From: an uncultured Collinsella sp.
GTDB taxonomy: Bacteria > Actinomycetota > Coriobacteriia > Coriobacteriales > Coriobacteriaceae
Length of the DNA: 64,000 bases
Assembly (NCBI GenBank): GCA_958427145.1
Contig: CAUAAZ010000006.1
Location: forward strand, 13,935 to 77,934
Direction: 5' to 3'
Shown piece by piece: positions 47,652 to 56,015 of this stretch. A program made the translations under genes and the position numbers. The stretch's first letter is position 1, and every line of letters starts with the position of its first letter. Under the pieces are notes generated by a model. That model was not told the origin of the DNA. It saw only the letters and a list, made by a program, of their open reading frames with translations, and searched no databases.

Positions 47652-48134
47652 ATGCCGCGAACGCTCTTTATTGATGCCGACGCCTGCCCGGTCACGCGCG
47701 AGTCGATTGACTGCGCGCGGCGGGCGGGCGTCGCCGTTGTTATCGCCGGCAACAGCACGCAAAACTTGGAACGGCACATTCGCCGCGACGACCCGCGCGA
47801 TGCCGAGCACGCGCGACGCGGCTTTTGGGTCACGACGCTCGATGTGAGCGTGGGCGCCGACAGCGCCGACTTTGCCATTGTCGAACGCCTGCAGGCGGGC
47901 GACGTAGTCGTGACGCAGGACATTGGCTTGGCGAGCATGGTGCTCGGCCGCGATGCCGCCGCAATCGGTGTGCGCGGGCGCGTCTACGACAAGGCGACCA
48001 TCGACATGCAACTGTTTATTCGCCACGAGGAAAAGAAGGTGCGCCGCGCCGGCGGACGCACTCGCGGACCGGCGGCATTTACCAGCGAAGACCGCGCTCG
48101 CTTTAAGCGCAACCTCACCGAGCTGCTGCGCTAA
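47652..48134 (+). CDS. UPF0178 (YaiI/YqxD, DUF188) family protein
   Basis: 160 aa. LFIDADACPV and GDVVVTQDIGLA match the YaiI family. Confidence 0.75.
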   Translation: MPRTLFIDADACPVTRESIDCARRAGVAVVIAGNSTQNLERHIRRDDPRDAEHARRGFWVTTLDVSVGADSADFAIVERLQAGDVVVTQDIGLASMVLGRDAAAIGVRGRVYDKATIDMQLFIRHEEKKVRRAGGRTRGPAAFTSEDRARFKRNLTELLR

Positions 48135-48222
48135 CCAAGGTAGATTTTTGGGACATGTCCGGAAATCTGCTTTTTTGCTTTGGCGATTGACACGCATCCA
48201 ACGCCCAGGTCATGGCGGTAGA

Positions 48223-48260
48223 TTTTACGGCATGCCCCAGTTTTTACGGCATGCCCCAAG
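48223..48260. repeat. Tandem direct repeat, 2 x ~19 bp
   Basis: TTTTACGGCATGCCCCAG / TTTTACGGCATGCCCCAAG. Each unit contains the palindrome GGCATGCC. Confidence 0.8.
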
Positions 48261-48267
48261 CATCTAC

Positions 48268-49356
48268 TTAGAGGCCAAAGGCAGAAAGGATAAGACCCCA
48301 GCCCGCACCGATGACGTACATCATGATCAGGAACAGGACGTTTTCGCGGGCGCTGCGGTTGGTGCGGAACAGCACCAGGTAGCCCACACCTGCAGAGATG
48401 AGCGTGCCGGCGAGCATCGGGGCCAGCTGCAGCGCGCCTTCCAGGTACAGTTGCGTGATGACGACGCTGGCCGAGCAGTTGGGAATCAGGCCGACGAGTG
48501 CCGAGCCCAGGACCGCAAGCGTCTCGTTGCCGCGCAGGAACTGCTCGATTGCGGACTCGCCGAACGACTCGAGCACGGCGACCAGAATCAGCGTCACCAG
48601 AAAAATGAATACCGAGACCTGCACGGTGTGCGAAATCGCGCTGCGTATGATCGACAGGACAGGCGTCCCTTCGTGGGAGTGGGAGTGACCGTGGCCATCA
48701 TGGTGTTCATGCTCGCCCTCATGACCGTGATCGTGGCCATGTCCGTGGTCGTGCTCGTCCTCGTCTTCATCACAACCGCAATGGTCGCGCTCGCACAGCT
48801 CGTGGATGTGGTCGGCGCTCACGCCCGCCTCGGCCACCTCGTCGATGATGTCACCGCCAGTGTGGTCGTCGTGCGCGCAGTTCACATGAGCCGGATTAGC
48901 AGCGGTCCCCAGCACGGTACGGCGAATCGCCGCATGTGCGCGAGCGTTACGACGCAGGCCGCGAATGGCGGCGTCCACGATAAAGCCCGTGACCAGCGCG
49001 ATCAGTGCCTTCGAAGCCAAAAGCATCGCCATGGTCTGCACGGGCACCTGCTCGGCGAGCAACAGCGGCAGCATCTCATCGGAGGTCGAAAGGAACACCG
49101 CCACCAACGTACCCAATGTCACGACACGACCGGCATACAGCGTGGCCGCCATTGCCGAAAAGCCGCACTGCGGCACCATGCCCAGCAACGAGCCAACCAC
49201 GGGGCCCGCGGCACCGGCGCGCTTGATGGCGCCGTTAACGCTGTCGCCCGCAACGTGCTCCAGGGTCTCGAGGGCCAGATATGTCACCAACAAAAACGGC
49301 ACCAGCGACAGCGTGTCCTTGCCAGCGTCGAGCAAAATATCAATCAGCAAATCCAT
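48268..49356 (-). CDS. Putative 10-TM heavy-metal exporter (ArsP_2-like) with a His/Asp/Glu-rich cytoplasmic loop
   Basis: 362 aa. MVPQCGFS and PNCSASV motifs in two homologous halves. Central loop is DHCGCDEDEDEHDHGHGHDHGHEGEHEHHDGHGHSHSHEG. Confidence 0.65.
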   Translation of the reverse strand: MDLLIDILLDAGKDTLSLVPFLLVTYLALETLEHVAGDSVNGAIKRAGAAGPVVGSLLGMVPQCGFSAMAATLYAGRVVTLGTLVAVFLSTSDEMLPLLLAEQVPVQTMAMLLASKALIALVTGFIVDAAIRGLRRNARAHAAIRRTVLGTAANPAHVNCAHDDHTGGDIIDEVAEAGVSADHIHELCERDHCGCDEDEDEHDHGHGHDHGHEGEHEHHDGHGHSHSHEGTPVLSIIRSAISHTVQVSVFIFLVTLILVAVLESFGESAIEQFLRGNETLAVLGSALVGLIPNCSASVVITQLYLEGALQLAPMLAGTLISAGVGYLVLFRTNRSARENVLFLIMMYVIGAGWGLILSAFGL

Positions 49357-49528
49357 GAAGGATGGAACCTTTCGTGTCTTTCGGCAGCATTGTAAAAGTC
49401 CTAGCGGTCAACTAGGGTATTGTAGTTGACCTAGGCGTGGTGCCAATAGTTGCCCATGGTAAACTATCATCTCGCCATAACTCAATGCCACCGAGCCGCA
49501 CGACGCGGCCCATCCAAGGAGCAGTTAT

Positions 49529-50497
49529 ATGAACGTTTCACAAGCACTCGAATACGAGCGCCAGCCGTTTATTCCCATGTTTATCTATGGCGATCATGGC
49601 GCCATGGAGTCCGAGCGCCAGAAGGGCGAAGAGGCCCTTAAGGTGCTCGAAACCGAGTACTTTACCGCCGAGGGCGACCCCAGCTTCGACTTTGCCACCG
49701 TGCGCGACCTGGCTGACCGCAACCGCGACCTGTGCGACCAGATTGGCGAGGCGCGCCTGCGCAACGTGACGCCCGCGACGCTTTCGCGCGGTCTGTCCGA
49801 CGCCGACACCTGCGCCGCCATCGGCAAGATGCAAAAGCGCACCGCCGCGTCCGTCATGCGCGAGATCCGCGGCGACCGCGACGCGCTCGGCGTGGCGTAC
49901 GCCCGCAAGCCTATCCAAGGCACAGTGCTCGGCATCGACATCGAGACCACCGGCCGTGCACCCGAGCGCGGCTACATCATCAACGTGGGCTGGGAGATCA
50001 TGGAGCTCACCAGCGACGCCGTCCCGCACGACGCCGAGGCACACTACTGCGGCCTGCCCGATATCTACCGCGGCAAGGATGTGCCGCTGTCGAATATCCA
50101 CCACATCACCTGGGACGACATCGACGGCAAAACGCCCTTCCGCGAGAACAAAGAGCTGCAAAAGCAGCTGCTCAAGCTTATGAAGAAGTACCCGTACATG
50201 GCACACAACGCCGCCTTTGAGGACAGCTGGTTCAAGATTCACCTGGACGGTTACGCCGAGGCGCGTCGTGCCGGCAAGATTATCGTCATCGACTCGCGCC
50301 AGATCTGCCGCAGCCTGGATGCCGACGTCCGCTCGCTCCCCCGCGAATCCGCCCCCGCCGCGCTCGAGAACTGGGCGCGCCGCCGTGGAACCCTCGCCGC
50401 CGACGCCAACGAGCAGCATCTGGGTCTGGACGACACCGACCTCATGCTCCGCACCGTCCAAGCCGAGTTCAACCTCAAGAACCTGTTTGACAAGTAG
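49529..50497 (+). CDS. DEDD-family 3'-5' exonuclease (DnaQ-like) domain protein
   Basis: 322 aa. Exo I GIDIETTG, Exo II AHNAAFEDSW and Exo III HLGLDDTD. Confidence 0.7.
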   Translation: MNVSQALEYERQPFIPMFIYGDHGAMESERQKGEEALKVLETEYFTAEGDPSFDFATVRDLADRNRDLCDQIGEARLRNVTPATLSRGLSDADTCAAIGKMQKRTAASVMREIRGDRDALGVAYARKPIQGTVLGIDIETTGRAPERGYIINVGWEIMELTSDAVPHDAEAHYCGLPDIYRGKDVPLSNIHHITWDDIDGKTPFRENKELQKQLLKLMKKYPYMAHNAAFEDSWFKIHLDGYAEARRAGKIIVIDSRQICRSLDADVRSLPRESAPAALENWARRRGTLAADANEQHLGLDDTDLMLRTVQAEFNLKNLFDK

Positions 50498-50848
50498 AAA
50501 CGTCTACGACAAACTCCGGCGTAGATCACGGGCGGCCTCGCAGCGGGAAACCCCGCAGCGGGGCCGCCCTACGTTCCACAAATAAACCTGCCATCACAAA
50601 TTCTGAACCCTCATTTTGAACGATTTCGGCCAATTCCCGACACGTAATTCGTTGTCGGATGGTGATGCATCACTATCAAATGTGCAGCAATTGAGTATTT
50701 CTATGCTATAGCCGAGCTGCGAAAACGTTTATTTAGGGCATACCAACTCATAATTGCGTCAAGCTTTTGGACAGCATTTGGTTAGACCTCTAAAACGGCT
50801 TTTCCACTCAGCGCCGTCAACACGGCATTAGCTGACACGATATATACC

Positions 50849-52039
50849 ATGAGTATCGTATTGTCACATACCACTGCAAAAGCGGTCTACCAGGCCGCGC
50901 ATTCGGTGTCTGCGAAAGGCATCGAGTCCTGTAACCCTACCGCGATTTACGAATCATGTCCCACCGTAACGCTCCTTGACGCAGCCGCAGAATGGCTCAC
51001 CAAACATGATGTTTCCCTCGATGCAAATGATTGCCTCGAGGTGATGGTGTTTCATCGCAGGAATGCGCGCTATGCAATGAACTGTCAATGCCACGTGTCT
51101 TCAAAACGATTCTCGAACTCACGCTTTATAGAGCTCAAAGATGGCATCTTCATTGTTGGCGTTGAGCTTTGCGCACTTCAGGCCGCCACCTATCTTTCTT
51201 TTCGCGAACTAGTGGAGTACTACTTTGAACTGTGCGGCGCTTATTCCCTTGGAACCGACTCTTCCACCTCCTATACCGAGCGTTTCGCGCTCACCTCGAC
51301 CGAGAGGTTAAAGCAGTTCTTTAATTCCATTACCAGATGCGACGGTCTGGCCCTTGCCCGAAAGGCGATCCAATGTGTACGCGACGGATGCCGGTCTCCC
51401 ATGGAAACGACATTTGTCATGATGCTAACGCTGCCCAAAAGCGAAGGAGGGCTTGGTATTAAGGGAATTGAGACCGATTACGAGGTGCAGGTCACCGCCG
51501 CCGCAAAGAATCTCACGAGACGCAAGAAGTTCTTTATGGATGCGTATCTAAAGAAATCTCGCACAGACATTGAATACAACGGTTTTTATCATGACGCGGA
51601 AGAAGACCGCGCCATCGATGAGGAGCGCAAGAATGCACTTGCGTCCATGGGGTACGGAATCATCACCGTCAGCCGTTATTCCTTTATGCATGCCAGCTCT
51701 TTTGTTAGGGTCATGGAAGCAATCCAGCGGAAAGAGGGCGTACGCCCCTCGCGTCTGCCAAAAGACTTTCAAATCATGCAAGAGGACCTGAGACAGTTTG
51801 TGCTCAGAAGGTTTATAGAAGAGAAAAAGCGAATTCAGAAGCAGCTTCGCCAGGATTCCGAAGAGCGCCAACGAATCGACCTCGAAAAAGCAACACTCGA
51901 AGGCATCACGCTGGATGACCCGACAATTAATGAAGTTCCGGCAATCGATGACATGCAGACTGTCGAATCCGACAGCCCATCATTTGCCCAAACAAGCAGT
52001 CTCGCGCCCGAGGGCAGGGTCTTCGGGGCCGGAGACTAG
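50849..52039 (+). CDS. DUF559 / Vsr-like (PD-(D/E)xK fold) endonuclease-domain protein with an AbiEi-like N-terminal region and an acidic C-terminal tail
   Basis: 396 aa in a visibly AT-richer island. The middle SPMETTFVMMLT...FFMDAYLKKSRTDIEYNGFYHD...DRAIDEERKNALASMGYGIITV fits the DUF559 pattern (SP.E...D....E.DG..H...D..R...L...G). No clear RBS. Confidence 0.5.
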   Translation: MSIVLSHTTAKAVYQAAHSVSAKGIESCNPTAIYESCPTVTLLDAAAEWLTKHDVSLDANDCLEVMVFHRRNARYAMNCQCHVSSKRFSNSRFIELKDGIFIVGVELCALQAATYLSFRELVEYYFELCGAYSLGTDSSTSYTERFALTSTERLKQFFNSITRCDGLALARKAIQCVRDGCRSPMETTFVMMLTLPKSEGGLGIKGIETDYEVQVTAAAKNLTRRKKFFMDAYLKKSRTDIEYNGFYHDAEEDRAIDEERKNALASMGYGIITVSRYSFMHASSFVRVMEAIQRKEGVRPSRLPKDFQIMQEDLRQFVLRRFIEEKKRIQKQLRQDSEERQRIDLEKATLEGITLDDPTINEVPAIDDMQTVESDSPSFAQTSSLAPEGRVFGAGD

Positions 52040-52048
52040 GCCGGCTAA

Positions 52049-52303
52049 CAAGGTGGGTACCCTATCGACGTGCAAAATTGCGAGTATTCAGCAGGGTCGG
52101 GTGTCTATCACCCTCGAGTGGATCCAAATGTGGAGCGAAATCACTCTTGCGTGAGAGCGTTAGGCAACATTTGAGGAAGAACTCATCGGATTAACACCCT
52201 AAGATAACTCTTGAACTGCATTATATGACCTGCAATAAATTAGCGGACCCCCTATAGTTGCAGAATACTCCATTTTTTGCACGGCACGAGGGTACCCACC
52301 TTG
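52049..52303. mobile_element. MITE-like 255-bp element with 45-bp imperfect terminal inverted repeats
   Basis: Left arm 52049-52093 versus the reverse complement of right arm 52259-52303 gives 36/45 matches by my alignment. This includes a perfect 14-mer AAGGTGGGTACCCT / AGGGTACCCACCTT. No ORF inside. Confidence 0.55.
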
Positions 52304-52385
52304 GCATCGACTATCAAAAAACGCTCAGTCCGGGATCTCGTCCACTATTCCCCATCATTTTGTACAACGAATTACCTGAACGTCA

Positions 52386-52445
52386 TTGACATATGAACAT
52401 GCACTCATATAATCGAAAGTAAATTATATGAGCGCATGTTCATAT
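52386..52445 (+). promoter_or_regulatory. Sigma-70-type promoter (TTGACA-16-TATAAT) overlapped by two inverted copies of a 23-bp ArsR/SmtB-type operator
   Basis: ATATGAACATGCACTCATATAAT (52391-52413) and ATTATATGAGCGCATGTTCATAT (52423-52445) are reverse complements apart from 1 nt. -35 at 52386-52391 and -10 at 52408-52413. Confidence 0.7.
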
Positions 52446-52459
52446 GAAAGGATATTGCA

Positions 52460-52825
52460 ATGAGCATCCGCGTTGATGAAACGAAACCCGACACCGAGGC
52501 CACCGAGCCAGTGATCCCCACCACCTGCTCGCCCGAGGACCTTCCCGACGAGGAGCTTCTCTACGACCTCGCCGACCTGTTCAAGGTCTTCAGCGACACC
52601 ACGCGTATCAAGATCCTCTACGCCCTCATGGGCCGCGAGCTCTGCGTGGCAGACATCGCCGAAGCGACCGAAACCTCGCAGTCGGCAGTATCGCACCAGC
52701 TGCGCACGCTTAAGCAGTCGCACCTGGTCAAGTTCCGCCGCGACGGGCGCAATATCCTCTACTCGCTCGCCGACGACCACGTCTACACCATGCTCAACCA
52801 GGGCATGAGCCATATCTGCGAATAG
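52460..52825 (+). CDS. ArsR/SmtB family metal-sensing transcriptional repressor
   Basis: 121 aa. Motifs FKVFSDTTRIKILYAL, ELCVADIA and SAVSHQLRTLK. Confidence 0.85.
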   Translation: MSIRVDETKPDTEATEPVIPTTCSPEDLPDEELLYDLADLFKVFSDTTRIKILYALMGRELCVADIAEATETSQSAVSHQLRTLKQSHLVKFRRDGRNILYSLADDHVYTMLNQGMSHICE

Positions 52826-52887
52826 CAACCAACCACGGTACCAGCGCGGCCTGCACCCAAGCCGCAAAAACGGGAAAGGAACCCACC

Positions 52888-53106
52888 ATGAAAAAGCAGT
52901 ATAAGCTCGACGAGATCGACTGCGCCAACTGCGCACGTGAGCTTCAGGACGAGCTGGCCAAGCTCGATGGCGTCAAATCCGTGTCCGTCAACTTTATGAC
53001 CCAGAAGCTGACGCTCGAGGCCGATGACGCCGAGTTCGACGAGGTGCTCAACCGCGTTGTAGAGTTTACGGCCGACGCCGAGCCGGACTGCGAGATTATT
53101 CTCTAG
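52888..53106 (+). CDS. Standalone heavy-metal-associated (HMA)-like domain protein
   Basis: 72 aa. The IDCANCA motif occupies the position of the CxxC metal site, as in the N-terminal domains of Cd/Zn ATPases. Confidence 0.65.
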   Translation: MKKQYKLDEIDCANCARELQDELAKLDGVKSVSVNFMTQKLTLEADDAEFDEVLNRVVEFTADAEPDCEIIL

Positions 53107-53160
53107 CCCAGGTTTACGCCAACCTGCAAGGCCGCGCTTGCTGCGGCCTTTGCTCGCGAA

Positions 53161-53183
53161 ATTATATGAGCGAGTGTTCATAC
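53161..53183 (+). promoter_or_regulatory. Third copy of the ArsR-type operator, upstream of the ATPase gene
   Basis: ATTATATGAGCGAGTGTTCATAC versus ATTATATGAGCGCATGTTCATAT at 52423-52445. Confidence 0.6.
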
Positions 53184-53206
53184 ATTCAAATGGGAGGATA
53201 CGAGTC

Positions 53207-55159
53207 ATGGCCACCGCCGACCCCAAAAAGAAAAAGAAAAAGCGCAAGAAAAAAGAATCACTCGAGCATAAGCGCAACCGCATCCTGGTAGCGCTGGGCA
53301 TTTTTGCCGTGGTGTACGCCCTCGATGAGCTCGGCACCCTCACTGCCGCATTCGGTACCCCGGGCGACATCTACGCCAGCTTTGTGCTGTTCCTCGTGCC
53401 GTTTTTGATTGCCGGCTTCGACGTACTGCAAAAGGCATTCAATAACATCCGCCGCGGCAAGGCCTTCGACGAGAGCTTCCTCATGGCCGTCGCGACCATC
53501 GGCGCGTTTGCCATGGTGCTCTTCCCCGATACCGACCCGCACATGGCCGAAGGCGCCGCCGTCATGCTGTTCTACCAGGTCGGCGAGCTGTTTCAGGCGT
53601 ACGCCGTGGGCAAGAGCCGCAAGTCGATCAGTGCCATGATGGACATCGCGCCCGACTACGCTAACGTCGAGCAGCCCGACGGCACACTCGAGCAGGTCTT
53701 CCCCGATGACATCGCCGTCGGCACCGTGATCGTGGTCAAGCCCGGTGAGCGCGTGCCTATCGACGGCGTCATCGTCGAGGGCGAAACCCAGCTCGACACC
53801 GCCGCTCTCACGGGCGAGTCAATCCCCCGCCCCGCCAAGTCCGGCGACGACATCATCAGCGGCTGCATCAACATGACGGGCCTCATCCACGTGCGCACCA
53901 CCAAGCCCTTTGGCGAGTCCACCGTCGCACGCGTCCTGGAGCTCGTGGAAAATGCCAGCGAAAAGAAGGCGCGCACTGAGAACTTTATCACGCGCTTCGC
54001 CCGCGTCTACACGCCCGCCGTCACCGGCGCTGCCGCGGTACTCGCGCTCGGCGGCGGCCTAATCACCGGCGCCTGGTCCGACTGGATCCTGCGCGGCCTG
54101 ACCTTCCTGGTCGTCAGCTGCCCGTGCGCGCTCGTGATTAGCGTCCCGCTCAGCTTCTTTGGCGGCATTGGCGGCGCATCCAAGCTGGGCGTCCTCATCA
54201 AGGGCTCCAACTACCTCGAGACGCTCGCCGATGTGGACACCGTCGTCTTTGACAAGACCGGCACGCTCACCAACGGCACGTTTTCGGTCGTGGCGGTACA
54301 CCCCGAAGCCGGCTATACCGAGCAGTCGTTGCTCGAGGTCGCCGCCCTTGCCGAGTCGTTCTCCGACCATCCCATCGCGCAGTCCGTGCGTGTCGCCTAC
54401 CAGGGCGAGGTCGACCCCAAGCGCGTTAGCGACTCCGCCAACGACGCGGGCCACGGCGTGACGGCAACCATCGACGGCAAGCACGTCGTCGTTGGCAACG
54501 CAAAGATGCTCGCCGCGGCCGGAGTCGAAGCGCCGGACTGTGAGGTTGTCGGCACGATCCTCCATGTGCTCGTTGACGGCGTTTACGCCGGCCACATCGT
54601 GATTGCAGACACCGTTAAGGCCGACGCCGAGCAGACGATCCGCGACCTGCACGCCGCCGGCGTCAAGCGCACCGTCATGCTCACGGGCGACCGCGAGGAA
54701 GTGGCTGCTGCGGTGGCCAAGCAGCTGGGGCTCGACGAGTTCCACGCGCAACTACTGCCGGGCGACAAGGTCGAGCGCGTCGAGGCATTGCTGGCAGCCG
54801 AATCGGGCAAGGGCAAGCTCGCCTTTGTGGGCGACGGCATCAACGATGCGCCCGTGCTTACGCGCGCCGATGTGGGCATTGCCATGGGCGCTATGGGTTC
54901 TGACGCTGCGATCGAGGCCGCCGATGTCGTGCTCATGGACGACAAGCCGTCCAACATTTCCCGCGCGATCCGCGTGGCACGCAAGACCATGACGATCGTC
55001 TGGCAGAACATCATCTTTGCGCTGGGCGTTAAGCTGCTGATCCTTGTGCTGGCAGCGCTGGGCATCGCCAACATGTGGCTTGCCGTGTTCGGCGACGTAG
55101 GCGTGGCGATCATCGCCATCCTGAACGCCATGCGCGCGATGGGTGTCAAGAACTTGTAG
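53207..55159 (+). CDS. Heavy-metal translocating P1B-type ATPase (Cd/Zn/Co-type)
   Basis: Start at MATADPKKKKKKRKKK. Motifs TGESIP, SCPCALV (CPC), DKTGTLT and GDGINDAP. Confidence 0.9.
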   Translation: MATADPKKKKKKRKKKESLEHKRNRILVALGIFAVVYALDELGTLTAAFGTPGDIYASFVLFLVPFLIAGFDVLQKAFNNIRRGKAFDESFLMAVATIGAFAMVLFPDTDPHMAEGAAVMLFYQVGELFQAYAVGKSRKSISAMMDIAPDYANVEQPDGTLEQVFPDDIAVGTVIVVKPGERVPIDGVIVEGETQLDTAALTGESIPRPAKSGDDIISGCINMTGLIHVRTTKPFGESTVARVLELVENASEKKARTENFITRFARVYTPAVTGAAAVLALGGGLITGAWSDWILRGLTFLVVSCPCALVISVPLSFFGGIGGASKLGVLIKGSNYLETLADVDTVVFDKTGTLTNGTFSVVAVHPEAGYTEQSLLEVAALAESFSDHPIAQSVRVAYQGEVDPKRVSDSANDAGHGVTATIDGKHVVVGNAKMLAAAGVEAPDCEVVGTILHVLVDGVYAGHIVIADTVKADAEQTIRDLHAAGVKRTVMLTGDREEVAAAVAKQLGLDEFHAQLLPGDKVERVEALLAAESGKGKLAFVGDGINDAPVLTRADVGIAMGAMGSDAAIEAADVVLMDDKPSNISRAIRVARKTMTIVWQNIIFALGVKLLILVLAALGIANMWLAVFGDVGVAIIAILNAMRAMGVKNL

Positions 55160-55175
55160 CGTTCGTGGGCTGTCC

Positions 55176-55302
55176 GGCCGGGGCCGGGCTTGGTTTTGAA
55201 AACGTCCTCGCGCATGAGGCCCGTCTTTCCTGCTCCTGCGGAGCAACGGAAAGGCGGGCCTCGCGCTGTGGAATGTTTTCAAAACCAAGCCCGGCCCCGG
55301 CC
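55176..55302. repeat. 127-nt near-perfect nested palindrome
   Basis: Outer 28-bp perfect arms are GGCCGGGGCCGGGCTTGGTTTTGAAAAC (55176-55203) and the reverse complement (55275-55302). The inner ~19-bp arms are imperfect. The apical stem is TGCTCC-TGC-GGAGCA. Confidence 0.85.
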
Positions 55303-55438
55303 TGCGGTGACGTAGGTGGCAGTTCTTGGGCATCGCTTGCTGGCGGGGTTCCTTTGCTGAAATGGACTTGGCCGAAAGGACCGCTGGTCCCGGTCGCTGG
55401 TTCGCGCTTTGCGCGAACTCCGCGCTACTGGGGGTTCG

Positions 55439-55828
55439 TTAGGATTCCGCCGCTTGGCCCGTCGCCTCGCCCCGGTTCAGCATCGCCCTCAGTTTCTCAA
55501 AGCTCTCCTCGCTCAGGCAGTGCTCCATGTGGCAGCCCTCTTGCGACGCGACCTCAGCCGAAACACCCGCATCCTCTAGCAGCCCCACGAAAAAGCAGTG
55601 ACGCTCCCACATTTGACGAGCGACCTCCAGACCACGCTCCGTCAGATGAACATCTCGCTTGCCCATTTCGACATAGCCGTTGCTTTCCAACGTCGCCATG
55701 GCCTTGGAAACGCTCGCCTTAGTTACACCGAGGTACTCCGCAACGTCGATCGAGCGCACGACGCCCTGACGTTCCGACAGAACGTAGATCGATTCGAGAT
55801 AGTCTTCTCCGGATTCACGTAGGGCCAT
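55439..55828 (-). CDS. DtxR/MntR family metal-dependent transcriptional regulator
   Basis: Start at MALRESGEDYLESIY. HTH VAEYLGVTKASVSKAM. About 129 aa with no SH3-like domain. Confidence 0.8.
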   Translation of the reverse strand: MALRESGEDYLESIYVLSERQGVVRSIDVAEYLGVTKASVSKAMATLESNGYVEMGKRDVHLTERGLEVARQMWERHCFFVGLLEDAGVSAEVASQEGCHMEHCLSEESFEKLRAMLNRGEATGQAAES

Positions 55829-56015
55829 GGGCCGCCTTTCGCGATGATTGCTAGTTAGCCTTTGGATACTTTCCACGACTAACTTTACCGCAGAAGTTGC
55901 CCATGTCTTACTACTTTGCCTAAAAGTTAGCCGTGTTTCACAAAACGTGCGGGACGAAAACAAAATGGGGACGCCCCGCAAGGAGTGTCCCCAGGTGCCA
56001 GGTGCCGGCCCGCAG

